From Chrysomallon squamiferum (Eukaryota; Animalia; Mollusca), in contig CM022673.1 of assembly GCA_012295275.1 (NCBI GenBank), positions 27,528,001 through 27,592,000 of the forward strand: a stretch of 64,000 nucleotides of DNA, given 5' to 3'. Within the stretch, counting starts at the first letter, position 1, and each line of letters begins with the position of its first letter. The notes under the pieces are model-generated. The model was given only the letters and a program-made list of their open reading frames with translations. It made no database searches and had not been told where the DNA came from. This document shows, piece by piece, positions 1 to 14,757 of the stretch. A program made the translations under genes and the position numbers.

Positions 1-780
1 CAATTTACTATCAAAACATTTGGCCCAGGTATCCCAACATCATTTTGGCTATGTGGGAGACTGATTTTTTAACTTTTAGGCTAGATGGGAGTGAACCCTT
101 CAGACCTGCGCCCTATCACTGAATTACGACCTTCACCTAGCCGTTAACAGTATTTGGCGGGAACAGAACTCTGGTAGCAGACGACAAAAGACGATTCTTA
201 GCTTTCGTTTTTTTTTTGTTTTTTTTTCTTCGCGAACATGAAACAAACAAACCTGCAAAATTTACTCGTATAAACACCGGATTACAGTTTTCATTGTTAA
301 AATAAATTTAACTTTTTTTAATATTTTTTTTTAATATATTTTTTGGAATCAATACTTCATAAAAAAAAAGAAGAAAAAGAAGAAATAATAAAATCTTTAT
401 TAGAAGCGCGTGTAGAAAGGTTACCAGACATTAACACGGTAAACAAGATGCTTTACACAATAATACAAACATTCTCCAGTTTGCAAGACGCCATTCATTC
501 AGATTATGTAAGCGACTTGACTGGAATGTGTGATGAATCGCGTGTTTATTTGTGGATTTGTGTAGGATGCTGGTCGCACCTCTTTGTGTAAATCGAATTT
601 AGAGGTTGCTATATGTGTGTACAAGCGCTGTCTGAGTCCTGTACAAGGTAAACTCGCGGGTTAATGCGTGTAGGAAGCAATTAATAACAACAACAGCAGA
701 AGTAATAAATATAACAGGAATATAAAAGAAAGTAAATTGAGCGGACTGAATGCTCCGGAACCAATATTTTAGAAGTGAAT

Positions 781-790
781 TAACAACAGC

Positions 791-874
<84 letters not shown>

Positions 875-888
875 AATAATAATAATAA
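781..888. repeat. (CAA)n microsatellite grading into (TAA)n
   Basis: Direct reading; it explains the poly-T/V/L ORFs at 599-1123. Confidence 0.97.
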
Positions 889-1786
889 AACACAAAACAA
901 ACAAACAGAAAAGAAAAAAGGAAAAAAATAATAAGTTATTAAAAAACAAAAACAAACAAAAAACATCCATACCAAAATAATAATGACATTTTAAATAATA
1001 AATTAACCGAAAAAGCAAGAAATAATAATAAATATAAATAACACAACAATAAATAACTTTAATAATACATCCTAAAACTAAAACAAACAGAAACATAACA
1101 TAACATGGACGAAAACGGAGCAATTATACAAAAAAAATAAAAAATATAAAAAATAAAAAATAAAAAATTAAACAAAATGAAAAAACAAAAACAATCGACT
1201 GTTTTGAAGCAGTATCAACAGCTCGAAGAAAATGAACTGAATAACATGGCGCACACACTCATTTCTTAACCAACCTGACAAATGTCTTAAAACGTTAAAT
1301 ACTAACAGCAAACTGAGGTAACCACACATTCTAACCAATACAGAACAAATTAAAGAAAACATGCAAATCAAACTAATCGCAAATAACATTGAAAAAAAAA
1401 AAAAAACAACATCACTTCACTTGGCAAACCATGATGATCATGAATCTTGTAGATAAGAAAATACAATTATCGACAATTTGTTTTATTATTATCTTTTTTA
1501 AGAGGATACAAGTGTGCACTCGAAAAGACACTACCATACGACTCAAGAAGCAAAAAACATTTTCAGTATTTTTGAAGCTGTTCGTTTCTAGTTTAACTCT
1601 TCAATTAAATTCAGAAACTGGTAACCAGTCTTCTAACGATGCCATTCGAATCTACCTAATTTCTCGTAAAAAACTTTAAGCATTATAGCCTTTTAATGAC
1701 ATTAGTTTTGAGTTTCGGCAGAAGTGAAAAATTTCAGTGATAATCAAGGTCTTGTTACTGTCTATTTTGCCATGAGGAAAAGAAAC

Positions 1787-1821
<35 letters not shown>

Positions 1822-2283
1822 TTGAACGAGTTTCTACTCGAGGATTCTTCATACTTATTTCCCCAAACGTTTATCTTGAAGACTTGCACATTACAGTAAT
1901 CGTTTGCGGAGTTGATCTAATTCCGATCTTAATATTGTTTTGTTTTTTTTGTTGTGTTTGTTTCGATTGGCAAAGTCTTATTTCGCTTGTCTGAGCACGT
2001 TATTTGTCATGGGAAAAAAAAAAAAAAAAAAAAAAAAATCTCCGAGGTGCAAAACATTTAACTTGAAACATGAATAGATTACTGTGTTTGATGGGTAATT
2101 ACAGAATGTGTTAATGTGATTCGTATAAATACGTGTGTATGTGGTTTGAAAAGCAAAATATTCAATAGATTTAAAATTAATTGGCATTAAAAATCGGAAA
2201 GATATGGAATTTTGTTTTTATTTTACATTTTGTTAATATATTGTTTTTTTTTTTTAAGTTTTTTTTTTTTTTTTTTTTTATCA

Positions 2284-2321
2284 TACTACCATTACTACTA
2301 CCATTACTACTACTACTACTC

Positions 2322-2385
<64 letters not shown>

Positions 2386-2405
2386 GTTGTTGTTGTTGTT
2401 GTTGT
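2284..2405. repeat. Compound trinucleotide microsatellite (TAC)n(TAT)n(TGT)n
   Basis: Direct reading. Confidence 0.95.
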
Positions 2406-4330
2406 GTTTATTTCTGATATTAGTTATTATCATTATTATAGACTGAGCATCCCTTATCCAAAATCCTTTCATTCGGAATTCATCGAATTTTGGAAAATAA
2501 GAAAACTGTATTTTTTTATGTTCATTGTAGAATTTCCTCTTCTGGGTTGTCAGATCTTATTTAAATAGTGTTACATTAATCTTCGTTAATAGACGAAGAA
2601 GAAGAAGAAGAAGAAGAAAAAGAAAAAGAAAAAAAGAAACAGAAGTAGAAAACTGATAATAAAACGCCGGTCAATATTTCCAACATACTCCGATTATATT
2701 AAGTTATTATCGGTTGGTCACTCCTTTACAATCACTTTATATTTACAATGTATTTGTTTTAGTTTAAAATCTTACTCCTTTATATTCTCTTTCACGTGGG
2801 TCATATGAGACAAAAAAACAAACACAAAAACTCGCGACCAAATCCATTTCGCATTCTTATGGAACACCAGGAATTCCATTTGATAACATATAAACACATT
2901 TTATTTGTTCACCAAAAAGATCCCAAGTGCTTGATGCAGCGCAGTTTTCGCAGATAACGTAACGTAAACCGATTCATCATTCGTCACTGTAATCAGACAG
3001 GTGAACGCAGACCGCGGTGCTTTGCAGTTCGTAACGTTATTTCGTATTTCTCTAATTTCTTATCACTGCGCATGTCTGAGCTGCTGAACACGATACTAGG
3101 ATAGGAATATCAACAGAATATCAAAATTTGTGTGTGTGTGGTGTATGTGTGTGTTTTTTTAAACAGATGATGAATATCAAAGTGAAAATAAAATATTTTC
3201 GTAAATATTACTGATCGTTGTAACGTTGTTTATAAATAGTTGTTATTTCCTCGGTTTCCTAGAAAAACTGCAGCAAGAAATTTTCGCTAGAAAATAACGC
3301 ATTTTGCATTCTCCATTTTTTCTTTTTTTTTCTTTATGTATGGTTTATATCAGTGCATTCCATTCACATTTTATTGTTTTTATTTTCTTGATGTCTGTTG
3401 CGTTGTTATTCTGGTATTTCTGTTTATCTTTCTTTGTCATTTGTATATTATATCTCTGACCTATCCTTCAGTACTCTTAACTCTTGTAAACAGTTTATCT
3501 CGTTCTAGTCAGTGCTCCATACATGAATTAACAAGAACAACAAAAAAAAAAAAATAAATAAATAAAAAAATAAAATAAAATAAAAAATATATATATATAA
3601 TTTCACTTCAGTCCAACTACAGTAATTCTTAAATTTTATAATAAAATATAAACAACCGCCCGATTTAAGAATCTGTTTTTTTAAAAAGCATAAATTTGAT
3701 TTATTTGTCTCACGCAGTCATTATTTCAACGAGCAGCGTTTTGCTTAATGTTCTGAGACATCCTACGAATAATCCAGTTTACATTAATCTTTCTTAAGAA
3801 GAAGAAGAAGAAGAAGAAAAAAAAAGAAGAAGAAGAAGAAGAAGAAGAAGAAGAAAATGTATCGTTTAACGCCTCTGATCAGTTGAAACCGGAGTTTCAT
3901 TAATCTGACGCAGACGCCTCATTTCTTTTCAGTCAGTTTTCACTTCTCGACTGCTTTTTCTCTGCCCCTCTGACGTCTGCCAAATTACGTAATATTTCTT
4001 AACAGTTCAGTTTTTTTTTAGCGTCTACGTACATCTTTGCAATGTATTTCTGACACAGACAGATTAGTAGATAAATATATTGACAAATATAGATGGATTA
4101 TATGTATATTTAGCGAATGATAAATAGCGATTAATGCAAATGCTAAAAGAGAAATTGGTAGATTTAAATAGAAAGACATGGTCTGTTTGATAGTTACTTG
4201 AATAAACACACATATACACAACACACCCATGCACTAATATATATAATTACATAGAAAGGGATAGACAAAATAAAAAGAGAAAAACAGTAAAAGATAGATA
4301 GATAGAATAGGTAGAGAAAGATATAAAAAA

Positions 4331-4334
<4 letters not shown>

Positions 4335-4418
<84 letters not shown>
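4335..4418. repeat. (AG)n microsatellite
   Basis: Direct reading. Confidence 0.97.
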
Positions 4419-4424
<6 letters not shown>

Positions 4425-4920
4425 TTATAAAAATAACTTTTAATTTCTGTTCTCGATTTGGATATGGTAACCGATTTTCTTTTTATTCTTCGTTGTTAAC
4501 CTACGCGACAGCTGAAGAATCGCTCTTTATTCTCACGCATTCATATTAATCACACGGGCGGGCGTGCATTAGTCTGTCACGCTGTAAAAATATAGACTCT
4601 GACATGCACACATGCAGTCATGTACACAAAAAGGGCGCAGACACACAGATCCCCCACAATCACGTCAATCGTGTAGCGATCAGTAAAAATATGTTTGCTC
4701 TCAATCGATTCACAAGTTAATTTGGAAATGTCGTTCTTGTCGCACTGTTTATTATGGTTTAACTACGACTCGAGGGTTTAGGCTGTTCTCAGCTTGTCAC
4801 ATGTTAAGGTTCAGTGTTTTGCCTGTAGACACGTTAGTCGCGAATCAGGGATTTTGTTCTGTGCTTAATTGTCTTTTGTTTTATTCATCGAGGATCATAC
4901 TTTGCAGTATTGAAAGAAAC

Positions 4921-5110
<190 letters not shown>

Positions 5111-5852
5111 GAAGTGATAATTTAACTGCACATCTGTTTCGTAATTATGTACACGTACTTCGGATATAATACCATTATAAGTATTACCTTGCTCATTCAT
5201 TTAACAGAGAATGAAAGACTGAAATTCCCACTTAATGTAACTATTTGATTATTTCTATTTTAAAAATGATCGTGTGTATTTGTAATGAAATCTAATCATA
5301 CATCCAAACTAATATTTTAATACTTCAACTAGCTTCCTAAATCACTCTACAATTCAGTTTATTGTATACATTAAATATCTTCTCATTTTAATCCTGAATA
5401 CAAAAGATAATAATGATGATGATGGGATGATGATGATGATGATGAGAATAACAGCTGAAGAAACACTTTCCATAATAACACTAACAGTATTAAAACTAAA
5501 AAAATCACCAGTGATGACGGTGACGATGACAACATCAACGTCAACAAAAAAGAACAAGTAATATGATACTGATAAAAATGACGATTGTGATACTATAACT
5601 AATGTTACTACTACAACAACAACAATGACGACAACAATAACAACAGCAAAATACTTCCTGCCTACATAATAATCGCGATGACGTGTTTAGAAGTTTCTAA
5701 GTATTAATATCTGCTTTTACCGTCATTATGAATCAATGTGGATTCAGTTACTATTGGCATTATAACATTTTTTCGTTAAAAGTAATATTAATAACAAACA
5801 AACATATCACTTGAACGATTCAGTCGACATTTGAAACTATTAGTTCACATTT

Positions 5853-5891
5853 AATTTTCTTTCTGTAAAAATTCAGATTAAATGTTGAATT
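5853..5891 (+). repeat. 39 bp exact dispersed direct repeat, copy 1
   Basis: aattttctttctgtaaaaattcagattaaatgttgaatt is identical to 6961-6999. Confidence 0.9.
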
Positions 5892-6960
5892 AAGAAAGAA
5901 TGATGTCGATAAATATAAACTGATATTTCCTAAATATTTGACAAATGCGCCATTGACCATTTTTTTTTAACTGTATGAAAGATTATTTCCCGAATTTTAC
6001 CTCAAAACAATTTACAAATATGTCAGAAAGTCACGTACTTAAAATTCAAATGAGTTAGTCTTATGTGAGGATATCTCAAAATATTTCTTTTAATCCACTG
6101 ATTTTTAGACATTTGTCACTGCATAGTTACAAAACTTTCAGAAAAGATTTGTGCCACTCAATCACTGAATAATAAGATTTATTTTATGTTGTTCTTCTCC
6201 TGGACAAGATAACACATACCATGACGTTTAGTGCGCGCGAGTGACGCACACACGTTACTGGAAATGATAAACAAATTTCCTGAGATAAATTCCGCGCTAT
6301 CTGAACACGTGACCGGTCTATCCGCTGTAAGACGCGGTGGTTTTATTTCTTCAATTACTTCTAACCCAGAATTTTCTCTATTTTTTATTTATTTACGTTT
6401 TCATCTTCTTCTTCTTTTTTTTTTTTTTTTTTTTTGCATTGGCTGGGGTCAGTAATAAACATTATCTAATTTATCTAGCTTCGGAAATACCGTTACCTGT
6501 AAATAAGGTCGAAAGCTCGGAGGAATGTTCGGCTGGGTTCGCTGTTATGATTGTAATGGATTTAGCAATAGAATCAGACGGGATTTTCGCCTAACAGTTG
6601 TTAGTACGTGCTGTATTTTCTCATATATAATTACTAAAAAAAAAATGACCTCTGAACTGTTTTGGGTAAAGGAAATGAAAAGAAATAGGGGAATACTGGG
6701 TATTAATTTAAAGAAAGTGAGAAAATATTTTTAATCTACTAATTAAGAATGGTTTAAATTATAGACTGAATAATATTAGAATAATATAAACATAAAATAA
6801 TTGAATATGATGTACTAGTAATACAGTAAAATAGTGGTAGTAAATAAAATAGCAGTAGATGCAGTAATAATAATAGTGTAAGATAAAGTAATACCAGTAG
6901 TAATTATAGAATAATGTTAGTTGTATAGTGACAATGGTAGCAATAGTAGTAGTAGTAAAA

Positions 6961-6999
6961 AATTTTCTTTCTGTAAAAATTCAGATTAAATGTTGAATT
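6961..6999 (+). repeat. 39 bp exact dispersed direct repeat, copy 2
   Basis: Identical to 5853-5891. Confidence 0.9.
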
Positions 7000-7455
7000 T
7001 TAATTCTGATGGAACTTTAAGTATTGTAGAAGAATTTAAAAAATATATATATATATAAAAGAACAATCAATATAAAAAAAAAAAAAAAAAAAAAGAAGAA
7101 GAAGAATAAGAAAAAAACCAGAAAGATATTAAAAAGAAAGAAACAGAAAATAAATGACTAATGTTGTATAAGTAACACTCGGAAATTTAAGGGGTTTAGT
7201 CTCAAATCAATACAAAATAGATTTGAAAGAAAATAAAACATTTTACAGTCTTTCAACATCTCTTATGAAGAAAGGTAAAAATCCTGTTTCGTGAATGTAC
7301 AGAGAAACTAATAGGTTAATAAGCACATACACTTAACCAGTTATTTTGGCTGGGTAATGAAATGTATTTACCTGATAATAGCTAATGTTTCTAGCAGGGA
7401 AAACGATGAGATAGCGATTTTACATTCCGCAGAAACTAAAGAATCAATAACTGAC

Positions 7456-7492
<37 letters not shown>

Positions 7493-8734
7493 CATAATGA
7501 AGATGATTATAATGATGGTGATAATCATGATAATCATGATGATAATAAAAATAAAATTAATGCTAAGGATAAAAAGAAATATTACAGAAATCAAAAATAC
7601 AGTACCATTCAACAACGACAACTGCTGCTACTGCTACTACTTTTACAACAGCTAAGACCACCACCATCACGACCATCACCACAGCTACTACGACTACTAC
7701 AACTACTACCGCTGCTACTACTACTACTACAACAAAAACTACTATTCTACTATAACTACTACTACTACTACTACTAATTCTAATATTACTGCTACTGTAT
7801 TTACCGCCACCGCCATTGATAAACTGCTACAACTACTACTACTACTGTTACTATAAGCACCGCAACGCTTCACGTGTTACAAACTATCAGTTCTAACTAC
7901 TATTTCAGCCCTTCCACTGGAAAAGCAATTGTAACAGTAAATCTCACAGTTCCCCATTCACTCCGTGCGCCTATTACAACATCTATTACAACTACTATTA
8001 TTACTGAGTTGTGTCGCGCACGAAGTGTCCCGGAAGTCATCTTCGTCTGAATTGAATTTGTCGAAACTTTCGTGTCTGATTCTTTCTGGAAGAACTGTAG
8101 CTGGCGTCTTTACTGATGGATTGCTTCTTAAGATCGACTTTACTGTCCATAACATCAGATAATTTGTCAAGGAGATGCTGGACTCGTGTAATTTACCAAT
8201 TTTCATGTCAAACCGTGTAACTGCATAAACGTGACCGACACAGGAACCGTTAACGACAAAACACACTTACAGGATGATCGTGTATTAGTTTTAATAACTA
8301 GTTTGATGCTAGTTTATTAGTAGTGCTGGTAGTAGTAATAATAATGATGATGTTGATGATGATGATGATAATAATGATGATGGTAACGCCAATAATAATG
8401 ATGATGATGATGGTGATAATGATAATGATGGTGATGGTACTGATAATGTTGATGATAATACTGATAATGTTGATGATGATAAAATTGCAACAACAATAAC
8501 ATTAAAAACAAGTAAAAACAAAACAAGACGAAGAAGAACAACAGTTAATATAATAATAATAACAACAACAACAACAACAACAACAACAATAGCAACATGA
8601 ACATCAACAACAATTACAACAATAGTAATACTGATATGAATTATGTTAAGTTGATAAAAAATACAGCAAAATAATCTGAAGCTAACAATTATTATTAACA
8701 TACTGATAACAAATAATTTACAAATAAAATAATA

Positions 8735-8782
<48 letters not shown>

Positions 8783-8834
8783 CGAATAAATAAATAAATA
8801 ATGGACTTACCGTCTTGTTCACATTTCTTCTACC

Positions 8835-8985
8835 CTTTTAAAAGACGTTCTGTAAACACAATGACGTCATGTGATTGTTGCGTCACACAATAGAGAAAAA
8901 AGGGTGGCTTTTAAAAGCCGTTGTGTAAACACAATGACGTCATTTAATTGTTGCGTCACACACACTACAGAAAAGAGGGTGGGGC
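8835..8985. repeat. Two-copy 73 bp tandem repeat carrying TGTAAACA, TGACGTCA and TTGCGTCA motifs
   Basis: Units start at 8835 and 8908 (cttttaaaag.cgtt.tgtaaacacaatgacgtcat...attgttgcgtcacaca...agggtgg). Confidence 0.9.
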
Positions 8986-9050
8986 TGGATGTGCGACTGT
9001 GTTCATTGTTTCGTCGTTTATTGTCGGTTTAAAAACGAAAAATGACGTCA
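8851..9050. promoter_or_regulatory. Candidate CRE/Forkhead enhancer or promoter module
   Basis: Three perfect TGACGTCA palindromes (8862, 8935, 9043); two of them are directly preceded by TGTAAACA. Confidence 0.4.
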
Positions 9051-10326
9051 CAGCTGCGACGGAAATAATAACATAGGTAATGATAACAATTATAGTAATA
9101 GTAATAGTAAATTATAGTAGAACACAGAACATATTTACATATAATGTCTTTATTTAAATTCTTCAGTGTAATATAAGTAAAAGTTTTTTATTTTGTGAAA
9201 GACTTTAAATTACAATTATTATTATTGTTTTTGTTGTTGTTGTTGTTGTTGCTGCTGCTGTTGCTGCTGCTGTTGCTGCTGCTGTTATTATTACTGTATT
9301 ATTAATGTTCTTTTTCTTGTTAATGGTGATGTTATTGTTGTTATTACTATTATTAAATAAACTGAAATATTAATAACAGGTAAGAATGTTTTTTTTTTAA
9401 ATTTTTTTTTACTCCTTTCACTTTTTGATATTTGGTCGATGTTTGATATTATATTCTGAGGAACAGCGGAGTGAAAAACAGCACAGATAATATTAACACA
9501 TCGAGCGTTACTTTCTCCACAGTGTTTGATTTTCTTCAGCGGTTAGGAGCGCTTGAAGATTCTTACCCTGCTTCTTTACTATTAGCCTGAATCAACAACC
9601 ATTAATCACCTTAAATCATTAAAACTTAATTACAGGTAAATTGCGTTTTGAACGAATTACTGGAAGATTTTTGATGTTTTTTTTCCTTGATGAAGAGAAG
9701 TTTATATCGTAAAGAAAGAAAGAAAGAAAAAAATATATATACATGTAGTAGAATGCGACCAAGATGAAAAAGAATTAAAAGAAGAAGAAAACAAGAATCA
9801 AAACAAAAAATAAAATAAAAAGAACACAAAACAAATCAATTAGCAATGAAAAGAACAAAACAGAACTGTACTCACAATAAAACGTGAAAGGAAAAAAAAA
9901 CAAATAATAAAAAAAGGACAAAATACCATGAGCATGAATTTCATCATTATTTTCAATCACAACATTGTAGTTTTCGAGTTTATATACCATTACATACAAA
10001 CAGAAAGAGTCAAAGAAAAAAAAATTAAAAGAAAGAAAGAAAGAAAGAAAGAAAAAAGATAAATAGATAAAATCTTAACAAATAGACCTTTATAGGAATA
10101 TAGAAAGATATAATAATATATATTTGTCTGTTTTTTTAATATAATAATGTATCTTTTTCTTTGTCTCTTTCTCTTTGTATATGGTACATGAACTGTAAAA
10201 CTGCATTGTTGTTATTGGAATAATAATGATGTCTTTGATTTTGATGACTTTTTTTCCATTACAGTAGACATTTCACGTTTTATTGTGAGTTCGATTATGT
10301 TTTTTTCTTTTCACTGCTAATTCATT

Positions 10327-10384
<58 letters not shown>

Positions 10385-11223
10385 TATTCACAGATGAAAG
10401 GAAGAGCCGGCAAAATTTCATTCATCGCAATCAATTAATCAAAAGGTAAAGCACACGAAAACTCCAGACTACGTTTAAAAATACAGAAATGTAAAAATAA
10501 ATTTCAATAATTGCCAACACCGAATATAGAAAGTAACAGCGAATTAAAACATTATTATTAGTTTACAATTCAGAATCTGTTGATCAGAATTCATATATAT
10601 ATATATACATACATATATATATATATATATATAAAGAACCGGAAGAAAACAATAATGATTTTTAGTTTCAATTTGAAAAGTATATTAATTTAGTTTTAAA
10701 CTTCAAATAGGTTTCTTTAGACATAGAGATGATGTTATTTATATATAAACGAACGTATTTTTAAAAAAATGTCAGCCTTCAACAGTTTGTTTATCCATAA
10801 GAAAACATAAACAATAACAAATAACAAAATTAATCAAGTGAAATACTAAGAACATAATTAATTATAGGCGGCGAACGGAAGTTCTGGTGAATTTTTACCA
10901 TTAACAGAATAAAGGAAAAAAAAAAAAAAAAAAACATACTGTTTTGAAAATTATTTCTGTCACTCTGTTCATGCAATCTGTTTAAAAGGAACCGAACTTC
11001 CAAGAAATCTGATCTATTTTTAGTTATTATTATTAAATTTTTATAACGGAAATTCGCGGATATCATACAGTGACGGTTGTTTGTTCATCCTACTTAGGAG
11101 AACGAAGCATAATTAAAGAGGAAAAACACATCTGCAGTATAACAACGTCCACACACAGCTTGCAAACCGTCAGTTCAGAATGTTTCTGTATGTCACAGTT
11201 TAATGAAATAGTACAGAATTAAC

Positions 11224-11227
<4 letters not shown>

Positions 11228-11303
<76 letters not shown>
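11228..11303. repeat. (CT)n microsatellite
   Basis: Direct reading. Confidence 0.97.
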
Positions 11304-11305
<2 letters not shown>

Positions 11306-12195
11306 GGGCTATTTGACTTCTATATTTTTCTGTCTGTTTATCTCTTTTGCTTTCTATAATTTTACTTTATCTTTAAATATCCATCCATCCTTTCATAAAA
11401 CGTTACTGTCTGGTTTCTCTCTCTCCGTCTGTTCGACTGTGTGTCTGACTGACTTTCTATTGTCTGTTTTTCTGTCAGTCTATCTCTCTAATCTCTGCTG
11501 ATCTCTCTAATTTACAATTCACGTCTATGCACCTGTTCGCCATCTTCTCTATATTTATCACTGTAGATATTTTTATAATTTTTTTTAATTTTTTATTTCT
11601 TTTTATATCCCTTTCGTTTTCTTTTTTACCTTTAACTTTGTCCATTTTTATTTTTTGCTAATTTCCTTGTGTTTCGTTAAAAATAACGAGATTCAACACA
11701 CACACGCGCACACACAAGCACACACACACACACACACACGGAGAATAATACAAACACTCCTACTTTAACATCTGCATCATGCTGTCGATTTTCAGAAAAC
11801 CCTTTCATCTCTTGAGTTCTTCATGTTCATTAAAAGCTCATAACAACAGGATACCTGTGAAGCTTGCGGAAACTGTTCGAAACGAGAAAGAAAAAAAAAA
11901 TTAAAAACCTCGATAATTTGTAGAGAAATGATATCAAAGTCAAATGTCTTTCGTTCGACAACTGCTATTACGATCATAGAAGTACGTCAGCTGGAAAATG
12001 TGTTTGTATCGATGTAGATTGTTGGTCCTTTGTACGTGGAATGCAAAGAACGCAAACTTCATGCAGATTACCTGACCTGATATTTATAGAACTCGTAATT
12101 AATTCTCAGTTCTTGTCAAAAGTTTATGTTATTCCTGGTAATCTCTATAAAATGATTCTGTTGTTAGTTTATATATATATGTTATTTACATGCTA

Positions 12196-12270
<75 letters not shown>

Positions 12271-12279
12271 AAGAAGAAG

Positions 12280-12312
<33 letters not shown>
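12196..12312. repeat. Compound (AAT)n(AAG)n(AAC)n microsatellite
   Basis: Direct reading. Confidence 0.97.
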
Positions 12313-12313
<1 letters not shown>

Positions 12314-12596
12314 CTTTTTTTATCAGTATTTATTTTGTAATGGTCATAATATGTATATACATAATTTCTTAAAAATGTCATTTACTGTTTATTTATTTTT
12401 GTAAATAACAAAGTTAGGTCGAAATGCCTTCAGGTTAATACATTTTTCTTGCATCCGATGAACATTTTATATATATGTTTTAAAATTTTAAATCGATACT
12501 GAAGAAAGGTGCGATATAAAAAAAAAAAAAAAAAAAGCCTAGAAGATACATGGTTACAATTCAAGATCAATATAAAATTTCAGAAATGTATATAGT

Positions 12597-12683
<87 letters not shown>

Positions 12684-13890
12684 AAACAAATAAACAGAGA
12701 CAGACAATCAGACAGATAGGTAGACAGATGAACGAATGGTTTTATTAGTTACAGCCTTACTTGATAATCAAAGAACATTTTATGCTGTCTGTTTGAAATT
12801 CTGTTTCGGTTTTGAAATCTATCAACAATCCTTAATTTCCACGGACGTTGGTAACTGAATTGTTTGCACACAAAACAGAATCTCTTCAACCCAGACGTTT
12901 TTCACTGGGTTTAGGCCTTACTGCTGTTATTCTTTTGTCGTAGAATCTTCATAGCAGTTTCTACAGATTTCATTTTCATTTACTCATCAACATTGCTAGT
13001 ACAGAATAACGCGAACAGAAAAAAAAAAAAAAAAAAAAAAAGAACTAATATATATGGGCGGATATAAGGAATGTCGTTGTTATCTTTGACCAGTGCCGTT
13101 TGAAGACACTTTGCGGTTGATAAAGGTTACGAGAAAATATTTTCTGTGAATAAGAAAAAAAAAAAAGAGAGAGAGAAAAAAAATCAAGCGTTTAGAAGCT
13201 CTCTAGACATATACGCGTAAAAGAAGCGTTCATTCGTTCAGTGAATCTGCTGATAACCGCTAAGGCAAAGCAATTAGAATTCGGCATCAAGTAAATCAGT
13301 TTTTACTTGGATATTTTCTGTGGATACGGAATCAAGAGCTGTCTTCAGTTACGTACTACATATGGTAAGTCAATCATTTATCTGTACTATTATATTTAGC
13401 TATCTCTCTCTCTCTATATATATATATATTACATAATACTGATGAACAAAATTAAATTTGTTAATCTGAGAACTTGTGAAAACTATCGATGGGCTTAGTT
13501 TATAAAGCTCGTTAGCAGAATTACCTGCAGAGATGTCTTTCGCTTATTAATTAATGAATTGTTTGGTGTGAATTTTGCACACAGCAAACATGCACGAACA
13601 TTAAAGGGACGTAACAGCATAAGGAGACTTGCCGATGTTTTTCAGACTGGTTTTTAATTAGGATTTGGTTATCTAGAAGGACATTTTAGGGATATAATAA
13701 CTAATGACAAACACATTGCGACTGAGAAAAGAGAATAGAAAAAAAAATTCACTCGTGATGCCATGTTGAATTAGTAAAGTAACAACGAAGTCATACAACA
13801 AATGGAAAAACACAGGTGAATCCATAAAAATAAAACTGAATACAGTGAAACTGTGAGAACACAAATCAGTAACACTTTAAACAGTAATAA

Positions 13891-14037
<147 letters not shown>

Positions 14038-14554
14038 AAGATGCTTTATCGTTATAAATATATATGTATACACGTCTGTAAATCTGTACGTATTTATACT
14101 TTCTCCATCTGTCATCATTTATGGACCTGGTTACTGTATAATGTATTGACAGGTACAAGATTGGTTTAATGATACAACATGATGTAAAAACATAAACCAT
14201 AACATAATGGAATGGAATGGAATACGATACGATACCTACCATTTTGTTGCTCTTTTGGGAAATAAACTATGCTGTAATCCCCTATTGTTTCATCGTTAGC
14301 TGTCATTGACTACTTCAGTCATATTTAACAATAGGTGCGGGCACAGTGAAGTGACCCCCAGCAGATCTTTTATCCGGCAAATTTGGGATCGGAGATTATC
14401 CGGATTTTCAGTTTTGATGGATGGCTGAATATAAATAGACTCTTACATATTGCATTTAATTTATGTGCTTAATGTTTGTTGCGTGACTGTCTTTTTTGTT
14501 TTTGTGTGTGTGTGTGTTTGTGTGTGTTATAATATGGTATGGATGTTTCTGTGT

Positions 14555-14757
<203 letters not shown>

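Noticed and set aside
6120-6142. miR-153-like sequence (also partial miR-190, bantam and miR-993 matches at ~44408, ~16947 and ~62543)
   Set aside because: Only short partial matches, with no supporting precursor hairpins
7958-8266. Overlapping ORFs, one with a signal-peptide-like start (MRLLQHLLQLLLLLSC)
   Set aside because: It starts at GTG, the Leu run comes from a degenerate CTA/TTA repeat, and I recognise no domain on either strand
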